Shown: positions 1 to 10,349, counted from the stretch's first letter. The stretch: 64,000 bases of DNA from Elusimicrobiota bacterium (GCA_043819795.1 JBDREN010000071.1:10912-74911), one strand, 5' to 3'. The notes: generated from the sequence alone by a model not told the origin. Made by a program: numbers and translations.

Positions 1-2721
1 ACCTTCTTCCCCTCCTACGCCCTGCAAGTCGTCGCCCGGTACCTCCGCCTGGCCGCCGACGAGATCATCGTGACTCCCGGCTCCGAGATCGAGATCGGCA
101 ACACGAAGATCCCGCTGGACCAGAGCCAGTCCATGCTCGTGACCTTCAACGGCCCGGAGAAGACGTTCCGGTACTATTCCTTTTACGAGGTCCTGGAAGG
201 CAAGGTGGCGATGGACGTGTTCAAGGACAAGATCGTCATCGTCGGGCCCTCGGCGGCTGGGATCGGGACCCTCTACGTCACGCCGGTCGCGCGGGCCCTG
301 CCCGCGGTCGAGTTCATCGCGAACGTGATGGAGAACATCCTCAGCCGCCGCTTCCTCGTGCGTCCCGAGTGGGCCATGCAGGCCGAGCTCGGGGCGATCG
401 CGGTCCTGGGCCTGTTCATCATGTTCCTGCTGCCGCGGCTCAGGGCGCTCGGCGGCGCGAGCCTCACCTTCGTGCTGCTCGCGGGGATGATCGGCGCGGG
501 ATTCTACGTCTTCCAGAGCCGCGGCGAGTGGGTAAAGGTCGTCTACCCGTCGTTCCTGCTCCTGGCCGGCTACCTCGTCAGCGTCACCAAGCGCTTCTTC
601 GTCACCGAGAAGGGCAAGGAGTTCGTCGAGGCCTCCCAGATCGAGACGAACAAGATGCTCGGGCTCTCGTTCCAGGGCCAGGGCATGCTCGACGGCGCTT
701 TCGAGAAGTTCCGCCTCTGCCCGCTCGACGACACCATGATGGACACGCTCTACAACCTCGCCCTCGATTTCGAGCGCAAGCGGCAGTACGCCAAGGCCGT
801 GCAGGTCTACAAGCATATCGCCACGAAGGACGAGAAGTACAAGGACATCCAGGACAAGATGAAGACCCTCCAGGCCGCGGCCCAGGGCGCCGTGTTCGGC
901 GGCGTGGGCGGCAGGAAACAGGATGGGACGGTCATCGTCACCGGCGGGGCGACCACGCCGACCTTGGGACGCTACGAGATCGAGAAGGAGCTCGGACGCG
1001 GGGCCATGGGCATCGTCTACCTCGGCAAGGACCCCAAGATCAACCGCCGGGTCGCGATCAAGACCTTGATGCTCGAGGAAGGGGAGAGCGCCGCCGAGGT
1101 GAAGCAGGTCAAGGAGCGGTTCTTCCGCGAGGCCGAGTCGGCCGGTACGCTGAACCACCCGGGCATCGTCCGCGTATTCGACGCCGGGGAAGAGCAGGAC
1201 ATCTGCTACATCGCGATGGAGCTCCTGGACGGCGACGACCTCGTGCGCTTCACGACCAAGGAGAACATGCTCGCCCCCGACGTCGCGATGGAGTATATCG
1301 CGGTCGTGGCCGACGCCCTCGACTACGCGCACCAGCAGGGGATCGTCCACCGCGACATCAAGCCGGCCAACATCATGCTGATCAAGGACGGCTCCATCCG
1401 CGTCACCGATTTCGGGATCGCCCGCATCACGGCCTCGTCGAAGACCGCCACGGGGACGGTGATGGGCACGCCGTCCTACATGAGCCCCGAGCAGGTCGCC
1501 GGCAAGAGGGTCGACGGCAGGTCGGACCTGTTCAGTCTCGGGGTGACGCTCTTCGAGTTCCTCACCGGCGAGAAGCCCTTCAAGGGGGGCGAGGGGATCG
1601 GCACGCTTCTGTTCCAGATCGCCAACGACCCGGAGCCCGACCCGCTCTCGGTCAATCCCAAGATGCCGCCGTGCGCGAAGAAGATCATCCATAAGGCGCT
1701 CGTGAAGAAGCCCGAGGAGCGTTACCAGCGCGGCTCGGAACTGGCCAAGGACTTGCGCGCCTGCATCGCGGGGCTGAAGGACGGCGGGGCGGAGGCCGGC
1801 GGCGCTCCGACCCCGGAGCAGATCGCGAGCACGCTCGCCATGCCCGCCGGCACGGGGCCCGTGACCGAGCTCCCGGCCGCGGAAAAGGTTTCGGAGCCTG
1901 CTCCGGCTCCAGAGGCCGAGCCGGTCGTTGCCGCGCTCGCCGCCGAGGCGGAGTCGCCGGCTCCGCAAGCGGCGGCAGACGGTCTGAAGATCGACATCGA
2001 GATCCAGCCCGGGCCGGGCGCGAAGGCTCCGGCGCAGCCTTCCCTTGAGCCGGCTGCCGCGGCCGAGCCGCCGGCGCCGAAGGCGGAAGAGGGCGGCTTG
2101 AAGATCGACATCGAGATCCAGCCCGGGCCGGGCGCGATGCCTCCGGCCGAGCCCGCGGTGCCCAAGGCTGAGGAGGGCGGGCTGAAGATCGAGATGCCGG
2201 GTCAGGCCGGCGTGGGCGGAGATGCTCCGGCCGAGCCGGCGGTGCCCACGGCTGAGGAGGGCGGGCTGAAGATCGAGTGGCCGGGTCAGGCCGGCGTGGG
2301 CGGATTTGCTCCGGCCGAGCCCGCGGGGCCCAAGGCGGAGGAGCCCGCGCTCGGGCAGGGCGGATTCTCGCCTGACGAGGTCGCCGAGACTCTGGTTCTT
2401 TCGCCGCAAGAAGCGGCCCAGTTCAGGACTCCTCCCGATGCCGCCGAGCCCGCTCCGCAGGCGGAGCCGGCGCAGCCTCCCGCGGGCGCGGCGCCGGATG
2501 AGACCATGCGCCTGGTCGAGTCGATCATGCCGCAGATCGCGCCCGACTCGTTGCGGCCGGAGGACATCACCACCTCCAGGAATTTGGCGGGCGAGCTTGA
2601 GAAGGAGCAGCGGAAGCGGTCCGAGCCGCCCGCGCAGGAGCCGCCGCCGGTGACAGGCCCCGAGGAGTCGCCGGACCCCGGCGAGACGATCCGGCTTGTT
2701 GATCCGAACAAACCATCATGA
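1..2721 (+). CDS. CHASE2-domain transmembrane Ser/Thr protein kinase with TPR-like segment and Pro/Ala/Glu-rich tail (5' truncated by window edge)
   Basis: Frame is open from base 1. CHASE2 end (FKDKIVIVG...TP...PAVEFIANVMENIL), three TM helices, Hanks kinase motifs LGRGAMGIVY, VAIK, HRDIKPAN, DFG, GTPSYMSPE. Confidence 0.93.
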   Translation, partial: TFFPSYALQVVARYLRLAADEIIVTPGSEIEIGNTKIPLDQSQSMLVTFNGPEKTFRYYSFYEVLEGKVAMDVFKDKIVIVGPSAAGIGTLYVTPVARALPAVEFIANVMENILSRRFLVRPEWAMQAELGAIAVLGLFIMFLLPRLRALGGASLTFVLLAGMIGAGFYVFQSRGEWVKVVYPSFLLLAGYLVSVTKRFFVTEKGKEFVEASQIETNKMLGLSFQGQGMLDGAFEKFRLCPLDDTMMDTLYNLALDFERKRQYAKAVQVYKHIATKDEKYKDIQDKMKTLQAAAQGAVFGGVGGRKQDGTVIVTGGATTPTLGRYEIEKELGRGAMGIVYLGKDPKINRRVAIKTLMLEEGESAAEVKQVKERFFREAESAGTLNHPGIVRVFDAGEEQDICYIAMELLDGDDLVRFTTKENMLAPDVAMEYIAVVADALDYAHQQGIVHRDIKPANIMLIKDGSIRVTDFGIARITASSKTATGTVMGTPSYMSPEQVAGKRVDGRSDLFSLGVTLFEFLTGEKPFKGGEGIGTLLFQIANDPEPDPLSVNPKMPPCAKKIIHKALVKKPEERYQRGSELAKDLRACIAGLKDGGAEAGGAPTPEQIASTLAMPAGTGPVTELPAAEKVSEPAPAPEAEPVVAALAAEAESPAPQAAADGLKIDIEIQPGPGAKAPAQPSLEPAAAAEPPAPKAEEGGLKIDIEIQPGPGAMPPAEPAVPKAEEGGLKIEMPGQAGVGGDAPAEPAVPTAEEGGLKIEWPGQAGVGGFAPAEPAGPKAEEPALGQGGFSPDEVAETLVLSPQEAAQFRTPPDAAEPAPQAEPAQPPAGAAPDETMRLVESIMPQIAPDSLRPEDITTSRNLAGELEKEQRKRSEPPAQEPPPVTGPEESPDPGETIRLVDPNKPS
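1981..2343 (+). repeat. Intragenic repeats in kinase tail (GLKIDIEIQPGPGA x2; ~84-bp unit AEEGGLKIExPGQAGVGG x2)
   Basis: Near-identical DNA copies at ~1981 and ~2095, and at ~2161 and ~2245. Confidence 0.85.
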
Positions 2722-3536
2722 AAAACCCCAATATCGAGTTCGTCGGCAAGACCGACCCGGGCCGGGTCCGCGAGCGCAACGAGGACAGCATCGGGCTCGA
2801 CGAGGATTTGGGGCTGTTGGTCGTCGCCGACGGGATGGGGGGGCATAACTCGGGCGAGGTGGCGAGCAGCCTCGCCATCGAGACCATTTTGCAGTTCGCG
2901 CGCAAGATGCTGGGCGGGGCGAAGCCGGTCGTGCCTTCCGACGGCGATCCGAAGCAGTCGGTCCGGTCCAGGCAGCTCGCCTATTTCATCCGGAACGCCA
3001 ATACCGTGATCTTCGAGAAGGCGCGGGCCTTCCCGAAGGACCACGGGATGGGCACGACCGTTGTGGCCGTTCTGGCCGACGACAAGTCCATCACCGTGGC
3101 GCACGTGGGCGACAGCCGCCTCTACGTCTACCGGAACGGGGCTATCGAGAGGCTGACCGAGGATCATTCGCTGGTCATGGACCAGGTCAAGCATGGCCTC
3201 ATCACCGAGGAGCAGGCCGAGAAGTCGCACCTGCAGAACATCCTCACGCGGGCCCTCGGCACAGAGGAGAACGTCCAGGTGGACGTCCAGGACCATCCGG
3301 CCTTCCCGGGAGACGTGTTCCTTCTGTGCTCCGACGGGCTGACAAAGGAGCTTTCCGAGCCGGAGATCGCCGAGGTCCTGGGCGGCCCGTTGCCTTTGAG
3401 CGAGTCCGTCGACAAGCTCATCGAGATGGCGCTCACGGCGGGCGGGCGCGACAACGTGACGGTCGGGATGGTGCGGGTCAAGGGCGGGCCGAACAAGGGC
3501 GTCGGGGGATTCCTGTTCAGGCTTTTGGGAAAGTGA
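2718..3536 (+). CDS. PP2C-family Ser/Thr phosphatase (Stp1/PrpC-like)
   Basis: Motifs GRVRERNED, ADGMGG, HVGDSR, CSDGL, GGRDN; ATGA overlap with kinase stop. Confidence 0.95.
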   Translation: MKNPNIEFVGKTDPGRVRERNEDSIGLDEDLGLLVVADGMGGHNSGEVASSLAIETILQFARKMLGGAKPVVPSDGDPKQSVRSRQLAYFIRNANTVIFEKARAFPKDHGMGTTVVAVLADDKSITVAHVGDSRLYVYRNGAIERLTEDHSLVMDQVKHGLITEEQAEKSHLQNILTRALGTEENVQVDVQDHPAFPGDVFLLCSDGLTKELSEPEIAEVLGGPLPLSESVDKLIEMALTAGGRDNVTVGMVRVKGGPNKGVGGFLFRLLGK

Positions 3537-3560
3537 CGGGCGCCGAGAGGGGGCCGTAGA

Positions 3561-4274
3561 ATGCCGAAGCTTCTGCTTAAGTTCAAGGCGGCGGTCATCA
3601 AGGAGATTCCGATAGAGAAGACGTCTCTGTCGGTGGGCCGTAAGCCGGACAACGACATCGTCATCGACAACCCCGCCATCTCCGGGCACCACTGCAAGGT
3701 CGTGCTCAAGGGGGATACCTATTACGTGGAGGACCTCGAGTCCACGAACGGGACCTACGTCAACGAGAAGCGCATCATGAAGTCCGGGCTGCACCACAAC
3801 GACGTCCTGGGCGTCGGCCGGCACGCCCTCGTGTTCATCGAGGACACCCCGCCGGAGGCGCAGGACGCCAAGGGCGGCGACGAGACCATGGTCCTCACCC
3901 CCGAGAAGCAGCGGGAGATCGCGAAGTCGGCGATGGCGAGCGCTCCGGAGAAGGAAGAGAAGATCGGGTGCCTGCGGGTGCTGAAGGGAGTCGTCTCCGA
4001 GCCGGAGTTCGAGCTCAAGGGGCTCTCGACCTACATCGGCAAGTCCGACCGGGTCCAGATCCCGATCAAGGGGACCGGGATCTTCGGGGGGGCCCCCGAG
4101 GTCGCCGCTTCGATCCACCGCAAGCCCGAGGGCTACATGCTGATGGCCGTGAGGGACGGCTACCCCGTCGTCAACGGCACCAGCATCTCCGGCCAGGTTC
4201 AGCTCAACGACGGCGACATCATCGAGTGCGGGGGCACCACGCTCCAGTTCTTCATCAAGGAGCCCGGCGCTTAG
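3561..4274 (+). CDS. Tandem FHA-domain protein (first FHA canonical, second degenerate)
   Basis: GRKPDNDIVIDNPAISGHH...DLESTNGTYVN; second domain IGKS...VVNG...LNDGDII lacks the R/S/H phosphothreonine-binding residues. Confidence 0.92.
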   Translation: MPKLLLKFKAAVIKEIPIEKTSLSVGRKPDNDIVIDNPAISGHHCKVVLKGDTYYVEDLESTNGTYVNEKRIMKSGLHHNDVLGVGRHALVFIEDTPPEAQDAKGGDETMVLTPEKQREIAKSAMASAPEKEEKIGCLRVLKGVVSEPEFELKGLSTYIGKSDRVQIPIKGTGIFGGAPEVAASIHRKPEGYMLMAVRDGYPVVNGTSISGQVQLNDGDIIECGGTTLQFFIKEPGA

Positions 4275-4411
4275 GCGCCGCGTCGCGCACCGGACCCGGC
4301 CCCGTAACGACCCCGGGATCGGCCGGCGCCGTGCGCGTTTTGGAAATGCGCGCGCCTGCCGACAGCCCGTTCCTCAAGCCGGCCCGCTCGCGGGTCGGCT
4401 TTCGGCTAATA

Positions 4412-4420
4412 TGGTATGAT
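4412..4420 (+). promoter_or_regulatory. Extended -10 element (TGgTATGAT) upstream of sucCD
   Basis: TGnTATGAT in an otherwise GC-rich gap ~60 bp before sucC. Confidence 0.5.
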
Positions 4421-4481
4421 GTCGGCGTGCGCGGGCGTCTGTCCCCGCGCGCGCAAGCCGCTTCCCGGAGTGCAATAGCCG

Positions 4482-5651
4482 ATGAAACTGCTCGAGTACG
4501 AATCCAAGAATATCTTCCGCGCGTACGGCATCCCCGTCCCTCCGACCGGGGGCGTGATCAGTAACGTGCGCCAGCTTCCCGCCGCCCTCAAGCGGGCCGG
4601 CCGGGGGCCGTGGGTCCTCAAGGCGCAGGTGCTGGCCGGAGGCCGCGGTAAGGGCGGCGGGGTCAAGATCGCGAAGACCGCGAAGGAGGCCCGCGAGGTC
4701 GCCAAGAAGATGGTCGGCATGAATCTGGTCACCCACCAGACCGGGGCCAAGGGCCTCAAGGTGAGGGAAGTCCTCGTGGACAAGGCGTCCGACATCGAGA
4801 GGGAGATCTACCTGTCGATCGCCATGGACCGCCGCGAGCATCGGCCCGTCGTGATCGCCTCGGCCGAAGGGGGCGTCGAGATCGAGACGCTGGCGCGGAC
4901 CCGGCCCTCGGCGATCGTCAAGGAGCCGGTGGACCCCGTCGAAGGCCTCCAGGGCTACCAGGCGCGGCGGCTTGCGTTCGCGCTGGACATCCCGGCCGAG
5001 CTGCTGGGGGATTTCGTGAAGATGGCCACCAAGCTCGTGCGGGTCTTCCTGGATATCGACGCATCGCTCGTCGAGGTCAACCCGCTCATCATCACTCCCG
5101 GGCGGGAGATCATCGCGTTGGACGCCAAGATCGTCACCGACGACAACGCGCTCTTCCGGCACAAGGATCTGGCGGCGCGCAAGGACCCCGAGGTCTCCGC
5201 GCTGGAGCGCGAGGCCAAGAAGATCGGGATCTCCTATATCGGACTCGACGGGAACATCGGGTGCATGGTCAACGGCGCCGGCCTGGCGATGGGGACGATG
5301 GACATGGTGGAACTGGCCGGGGGGCACCCCGCCAACTTCCTAGACGTGGGCGGGGGGGCGAACGCCGAGCAGGTGACCAGCGCGTTCCAAATCCTCCTCA
5401 AGGACAAGAAGGTCCAGGCGGTGCTCGTCAACATCTTCGGCGGCATCATGCGCTGCGACACGATCGCGGAGGGCGTGCTCGCCGCCGTTAAGAAGGTGAA
5501 GCTCGATATCCCCCTGGTTGTCCGGCTCGAGGGGACCAAGGTCGAAGAGGGCAGGAAGCTTCTCAGGAAGTCGGGGCTGAAGATGACGCTGGCAGATAGC
5601 CCGTGGGAGGCGGCCCAAAAGGCGGTGGCCGCCGTCGGAGGTGTCCAATGA
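4482..5651 (+). CDS. sucC: Succinyl-CoA synthetase beta subunit
   Basis: [51 protein letters not shown]. Confidence 0.97.
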   Translation: MKLLEYESKNIFRAYGIPVPPTGGVISNVRQLPAALKRAGRGPWVLKAQVLAGGRGKGGGVKIAKTAKEAREVAKKMVGMNLVTHQTGAKGLKVREVLVDKASDIEREIYLSIAMDRREHRPVVIASAEGGVEIETLARTRPSAIVKEPVDPVEGLQGYQARRLAFALDIPAELLGDFVKMATKLVRVFLDIDASLVEVNPLIITPGREIIALDAKIVTDDNALFRHKDLAARKDPEVSALEREAKKIGISYIGLDGNIGCMVNGAGLAMGTMDMVELAGGHPANFLDVGGGANAEQVTSAFQILLKDKKVQAVLVNIFGGIMRCDTIAEGVLAAVKKVKLDIPLVVRLEGTKVEEGRKLLRKSGLKMTLADSPWEAAQKAVAAVGGVQ

Positions 5652-6553
5652 GCATACTACTCGACAAAGCGTCCCGTATCGTGGTCCAAGGACTCACCGG
5701 GTCCACGGGGACGTTCCATACCAAGCTGTGCATGCAGTACGGCGGCAATATGGTCGCCGGCGTGACCCCCGGCAAGGGCGGGGCCGTCCACCTCGGCCTG
5801 CCCGTTTACGACACCGTCCGCGAGGCGGTCCGCGCCAAGGGCGCCGACGTCTCGCTGGTCTTCGTGCCGCCGCCGTTCGCGGCGGACGCGGTCCTCGAGT
5901 CCGCCGACGCGGGCATCCGCCTCGTCATCTGCATCACCGAGGGGATCCCGGTCCTGGACATGGCTCGCGTCATGCGGGACCTGCGCCGCCGGCGGGCCGA
6001 CGGCCAGGACATCCGGCTCGTCGGACCGAACTGTCCCGGCGTCATCACCCCGGGCCAGTGCAAGGCCGGCATCATGCCCGGCTACATCCACAAGCCGGGC
6101 CCCGTCGGAGTCGTCTCCCGCTCGGGCACCCTCACCTACGAGGCCGTGTGGCAGTTGACGAACCACGGCCTCGGCCAGTCCACGGTCGTCGGGATCGGCG
6201 GGGATCCGGTCGCGGGCTCGAGCTTCACCGACATCCTCGGGCTTTTCGAGGCCGACGAGGAGACCAAGGCGGTGGTCCTCATCGGCGAGATCGGCGGGTC
6301 GGCCGAGGAGGAGGCCGCCGAGTTCTACAAGAGCCGGATGAGCAAGCCGGTATTCGCCTTCGTCGCCGGCAAGACCGCTCCGCCTGGCCGCCGCATGGGC
6401 CACGCCGGCGCCATCATCGAGGGCGGCTCCGGCACCCATCCCGCCAAGGTAGAGGCTCTGAGCCGCGTGGGCATCCGGGTGGTCGAGAACCTCGGCGAGA
6501 TCGGCCAGACGGTGGCGCGGTCCATGCAGGGAGCCGTCGGCCAGCCCGCCTGA
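5648..6553 (+). CDS. sucD: Succinyl-CoA synthetase alpha subunit
   Basis: Start MSILLDK at ATGA overlap; [21 protein letters not shown], phospho-His motif MGHAGA. Confidence 0.97.
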   Translation: MSILLDKASRIVVQGLTGSTGTFHTKLCMQYGGNMVAGVTPGKGGAVHLGLPVYDTVREAVRAKGADVSLVFVPPPFAADAVLESADAGIRLVICITEGIPVLDMARVMRDLRRRRADGQDIRLVGPNCPGVITPGQCKAGIMPGYIHKPGPVGVVSRSGTLTYEAVWQLTNHGLGQSTVVGIGGDPVAGSSFTDILGLFEADEETKAVVLIGEIGGSAEEEAAEFYKSRMSKPVFAFVAGKTAPPGRRMGHAGAIIEGGSGTHPAKVEALSRVGIRVVENLGEIGQTVARSMQGAVGQPA

Positions 6554-6566
6554 CCCTGGCCGTTGG

Positions 6567-7298
6567 ATGGGCCAGCTGGGGATCGCGTTCGCGGCGGGGG
6601 GGCTCAGCTTCCTCTCCCCCTGCGTGCTCCCGCTGATCCCCATCTATCTCGCCTACCTGAGCGGCACGACGTTCGACGAGCTCGCCGCGGGCGCCCCGCG
6701 GCGCACGACGCTCCTGCACGCGGCCCTGTTCATCGCCGGGTTTTCCCTCGTCTTCATCGCGATGGGCGCCTCCGCCTCGGCGATGGGCGGTTTGCTGTTC
6801 GCTTACCGCGCGTGGATCGAGCGGATCGGGGGAGCCGTCCTCGTCCTTCTCGGCCTCTGGATGGCGGGTCTGCTGAAGGTCGGATTCCTCTACAAAGAGG
6901 CGCGTTATCACTTCCAGCGCAAGCCGGCCGGTCTCATCGGCTCGGTGCTCGTGGGCGCCGCCTTCGCCGCCGGCTGGACGCCCTGCGTGGGGCCCGTGCT
7001 CGCCGGGATCCTGCTTCTGGCGTCCAGGACCGGATCGGTGGCGCAAGGGGTGCTGCTCCTCGGCGTCTACTCGCTCGGGTTCGCCGTGCCGCTCTTGCTG
7101 TGCGCGCTGGCCGTGGAGCGCTCCGCCCTGCTGCTCAACCGGATCAAGCCGGCGCTTCCCGCAATAGAGCGCGCGACCGGGGCTCTCTTGGCCTGCCTCG
7201 GGGTCCTCTTGGCCGCGGGGTGGTACGGGCGGGTCTCCGGCTGGACGCTCGCGCACTTCCCCGGCTGGGTCGAGCTTTTCGGCAAGCTGGGGCTGTAG
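6567..7298 (+). CDS. ccdA: Cytochrome c biogenesis / thiol-disulfide membrane protein CcdA
   Basis: SFLSPCVLPLIP and GWTPCVGP motifs, multiple TM helices. Confidence 0.93.
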   Translation: MGQLGIAFAAGGLSFLSPCVLPLIPIYLAYLSGTTFDELAAGAPRRTTLLHAALFIAGFSLVFIAMGASASAMGGLLFAYRAWIERIGGAVLVLLGLWMAGLLKVGFLYKEARYHFQRKPAGLIGSVLVGAAFAAGWTPCVGPVLAGILLLASRTGSVAQGVLLLGVYSLGFAVPLLLCALAVERSALLLNRIKPALPAIERATGALLACLGVLLAAGWYGRVSGWTLAHFPGWVELFGKLGL

Positions 7299-7305
7299 TC
7301 GAGTA

Positions 7306-7395
7306 CGCGTCCCTCCCCCGCGGGGAGGGACGCGGGAACAGGAGGGGGCGGAGGCATCGGCCCCCGACATGGGCGGCCCCCCGCGGGGGGGCCGC
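7306..7395. repeat. Two GC-rich hairpins; the second is a copy of the REP-like family also at 37423-37570 and 47033-47062
   Basis: cgcgtccctcccc/ggggagggacgcg stem (7306-7334); gcggccccccgcgggggggccgc (7373-7395). Confidence 0.75.
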
Positions 7396-7469
7396 GGGCT
7401 CGATTTCGCTTGCGCCGTCGCTTCCCGTCGTGCTAGCCTATTCAGACCGGATCCAAGGAGACACCGCCG

Positions 7470-9557
7470 ATGGCTTCCCCCGATAAGAAGAGAACCGCGC
7501 CGCGCTTTCCGGTCTATTTCACGATCGCCTTCTCCCTGTTTCTGATCGTATTGGCTTGGCCCGGCTTCTTTCAGGGGATGGACAACAGCTGGTCGGACAC
7601 CATGTTCCAGCTCCGGGGAATGGAGCCCGGGGATCCCCACGTCATCATCGTCACCATCGACGACGAATCGATCAAGCAGGTCGGGGAGTATCCCTGGCCG
7701 CGCCGCGTGTACAAGCGCCTGCTCTCCAAGTTGTACGGCCTGGGGGTCGAGGTCGTGGGGCTGGATATCATGTTCCTGGACCCCTCCCGCGAGAAAGAGG
7801 ACGCGGCCCTCATCCAGGCCACCCGGAGCGCCGGGGACAAGCTCGTGCACGCGATGCGCGTGGAGGCGGCCAAGGACGCCTGGAGCATGGACTACGTGTA
7901 TCCCTTCGCCCCCCTGAAGAGGGTCGCCAAGAGCCTCGGCGTGGTCAGCCAGCTCATGATCAGCTCGGACGGCTCCGTCCGGGAGGCGAACCTGCTTTTC
8001 GGCAAGAAGCAGGGTTTCTGGGAGGAGTGGCTCAACGACCCCGACCGCCTGCCGGCGTTCGGGCTCGCCGTGCTGTCCAAGTTCACGGGCAAGTCCCCCG
8101 ACGACTACGTCCGCCAGGTCGGCGGGAACATCATGCGACTCAACCTCCGGGGGGAGAAAAAGCAGGAAGGCTTCATCATGGTCGAGGGCGAGCAGAAGCT
8201 TCTGACGCTCGGGACCGACTACGGGCTCAGGCGCGTCAGCGCCTGGAAGATACTCGAGGGCGATCTCGATGAGGACCAGCGGAAGCACCTGAAGGGATCG
8301 ATGGTCCTGGTGGGCTCGACGGCGATCGGAGCCTACGACCACTTCCCGACTCCCTTCCAGGACCAGACACCGGGCGTCGAGGTGCATGCCAACCTGATCG
8401 ACAACCTGCTCCACGGCCGGCACCTGCGCGGCAGCTCGCCGCTGGTGACCATGCTGCTGATCGTCGTGCTGGCCTTCCTGGCCAAGCGCCTTACCGCCTT
8501 GAGCCCGCTTTACGGCGGCCTCATCTTCCTGGGGGTCGCGGCCGCGTGGTGCTGGGTCAACTACTATCTGTTCCTCAGGCTCTATCTGCTCGAGTTCACG
8601 GGCCCCCTCGTCTCCATGGCGGGGACCTTCGGCGTGCTCATGGTTCACAAGACGATGCTGGAGCAGAAGCAGAAGAAAGAAGTCCGCCAGATGTTCGGGC
8701 AGTACGTGGCGCCCGAGGTCGTGGACATCCTTGTCAGGGACCCGGACAAGATCCGCCTCGGCGGCGAGAAGCGGGACATGACCGTATTCTTCCTGGACAT
8801 CGCGCACTTCACCACGATCTCGGAGAAGATGACGCCCGAGAGCCTCATCCAGTTCCTAAACCGCTACCTGACGGCCCTGACCGACAACATCTACGAGCAG
8901 AAGGGCGTGGTGGACAAGTACATCGGCGACTGCATCATGGCCTTCTGGAACGCGCCGCTCGACCAGCCGGAGCACCGCAGGAACGCCTGCCTGGCCGCGG
9001 TCGGCTGCGTCCGGACGATCGAGCGCCTCAACGAAGAGTACGTGGACCCGACGATGCCCGAGACGCCGGCCGTGCGCATCGGCCTGAACTCCGGCGAGGT
9101 CGTCGTCGGGAACACCGGCTCGGCGCGCAAGCTGGCCTACACGGTGCTGGGCGACGAGGTGAACCTGGCCAGCCGACTGGAGGGCGCCAACAAGTTCTTC
9201 GGCTCGACGATCATGGCCAGCGAGGACACCTACAACGGGGCCAAGGGCGATGTCGAGGCCCGCGTGCTCGGCTCGGTGCGCGTGGTGGGGAAGGACATCC
9301 CGATCAAGGTCTTCGAGCTGCTGGGCTTGAAGGGCGAGCTCTCCGAAGAGTGGAAGAAGGCCCTGCCCTCCTACCACGACGGCGTCGAGAAGTACCTGAA
9401 GCGCGAGTTTGATGAGGCCAAGAAGGAGTTCGCGAAGGTCCAGGCGATCTTCCCGGACGACAAGCCGGCCAAGCTTTATATGAGCGTCTGCGACGACTAT
9501 ATCGCCGTCCCGCCGCCCAAGGAATGGGACGGCGTCTTCAACCTGACCTCGAAATAG
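7470..9557 (+). CDS. CHASE2-domain class III adenylate cyclase with C-terminal TPR-like helices
   Basis: IDDESI...WPR CHASE2, TPGVEVHANL, cyclase motifs FLDIAHFT, DKYIGDCIMAFW, YTVLGDEVNLASRLEG (K/T pair, ATP-type). Confidence 0.93.
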   Translation: MASPDKKRTAPRFPVYFTIAFSLFLIVLAWPGFFQGMDNSWSDTMFQLRGMEPGDPHVIIVTIDDESIKQVGEYPWPRRVYKRLLSKLYGLGVEVVGLDIMFLDPSREKEDAALIQATRSAGDKLVHAMRVEAAKDAWSMDYVYPFAPLKRVAKSLGVVSQLMISSDGSVREANLLFGKKQGFWEEWLNDPDRLPAFGLAVLSKFTGKSPDDYVRQVGGNIMRLNLRGEKKQEGFIMVEGEQKLLTLGTDYGLRRVSAWKILEGDLDEDQRKHLKGSMVLVGSTAIGAYDHFPTPFQDQTPGVEVHANLIDNLLHGRHLRGSSPLVTMLLIVVLAFLAKRLTALSPLYGGLIFLGVAAAWCWVNYYLFLRLYLLEFTGPLVSMAGTFGVLMVHKTMLEQKQKKEVRQMFGQYVAPEVVDILVRDPDKIRLGGEKRDMTVFFLDIAHFTTISEKMTPESLIQFLNRYLTALTDNIYEQKGVVDKYIGDCIMAFWNAPLDQPEHRRNACLAAVGCVRTIERLNEEYVDPTMPETPAVRIGLNSGEVVVGNTGSARKLAYTVLGDEVNLASRLEGANKFFGSTIMASEDTYNGAKGDVEARVLGSVRVVGKDIPIKVFELLGLKGELSEEWKKALPSYHDGVEKYLKREFDEAKKEFAKVQAIFPDDKPAKLYMSVCDDYIAVPPPKEWDGVFNLTSK

Positions 9558-9571
9558 GGGAACGCGCGCGC

Positions 9572-10279
9572 GTGACGATACTCTGGCGGCTGCTCTTCGG
9601 TCACTTCCTGGCCGACTTCGCTCTGCAGTCCAACTTCATCAACGATTGGAAGCGTTCGGGCACCTGGGGGATGCTCACCCACTGCGGGATACATCTGGGC
9701 CTCTACACCCTGCTGTGCTGGCCGTTCCTCAACGACGTGTGGATCGACCTGGGCTTCGTCCGGCTTCAGGGCTGGACCTGCATGCTGCTGATCTTCCTCC
9801 TGCACTACATCGAGGACATATGGCGCGTCTTCACCATCCAGCGCCACGGAGTGCCGGACAACACGCCGTACTTCCTGTGGGACCAGACCATCCACGTGGT
9901 GTGCATCATGGCCTTCGTCCCGACCGGTCTCTACGAGCCGACGGGGATGATGCCCGAGCGCTGGCCGGTGCTGGGCTGCCTGGCGGTCCTGGTCGCGCAT
10001 TTCGGCACGGTGCTCCTATACTTCATCGAGCACGACCTCTTCGGAGGCTCCTACCCCGACTTCGACGAGAAGTACCTGACGATGATCGAGCGCCTGGGGA
10101 TCGCGGCCTGCTTCCTGCTGCCGGGCTTCTGGGGCTTCGCGGCCCCGGCCGCCTGGGCCGGCGCCGCCTACGCGGTCCGCGAGAAGGGGCGCCTGGACTA
10201 CTCCTGGACGGGCTTCTACCTCGGGGCGATCCTCGCCGTGGTGGCCGGTTTGGCCGCGCGGTGGGTCTGGTATTCCTGA
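9572..10279 (+). CDS. DUF3307-family membrane protein
   Basis: GTG start; LLFGHFLADFALQ, THCGIH, HYIED, DQTIH pattern. Confidence 0.8.
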   Translation: MTILWRLLFGHFLADFALQSNFINDWKRSGTWGMLTHCGIHLGLYTLLCWPFLNDVWIDLGFVRLQGWTCMLLIFLLHYIEDIWRVFTIQRHGVPDNTPYFLWDQTIHVVCIMAFVPTGLYEPTGMMPERWPVLGCLAVLVAHFGTVLLYFIEHDLFGGSYPDFDEKYLTMIERLGIAACFLLPGFWGFAAPAAWAGAAYAVREKGRLDYSWTGFYLGAILAVVAGLAARWVWYS

Positions 10280-10340
10280 AGAAGCTATCGCCTGGCCGCG
10301 GCTTCCGCCGGCGAAAGCCGCGGCGGCTCTTTCAGGCTTT

Positions 10341-10349
10341 TGCTATACT
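10341..10349 (+). promoter_or_regulatory. Extended -10 element (TGcTATACT) upstream of thiolase operon
   Basis: TGnTATACT ~40 bp before ATG 10390; 10-bp-stem hairpin at 10295-10324 just upstream. Confidence 0.5.

Noticed and set aside
3561..6553. GarA/OdhI-like control of the TCA cycle inferred from FHA-sucCD adjacency
   Set aside because: A 207-bp gap with its own extended -10 separates them; adjacency alone is insufficient.
7470..9557. Pycsar/CBASS-type defence cyclase (also 48809-50782)
   Set aside because: Both have sensor or TM architectures and ATP-type specificity residues typical of signalling cyclases, with no defence-island context.
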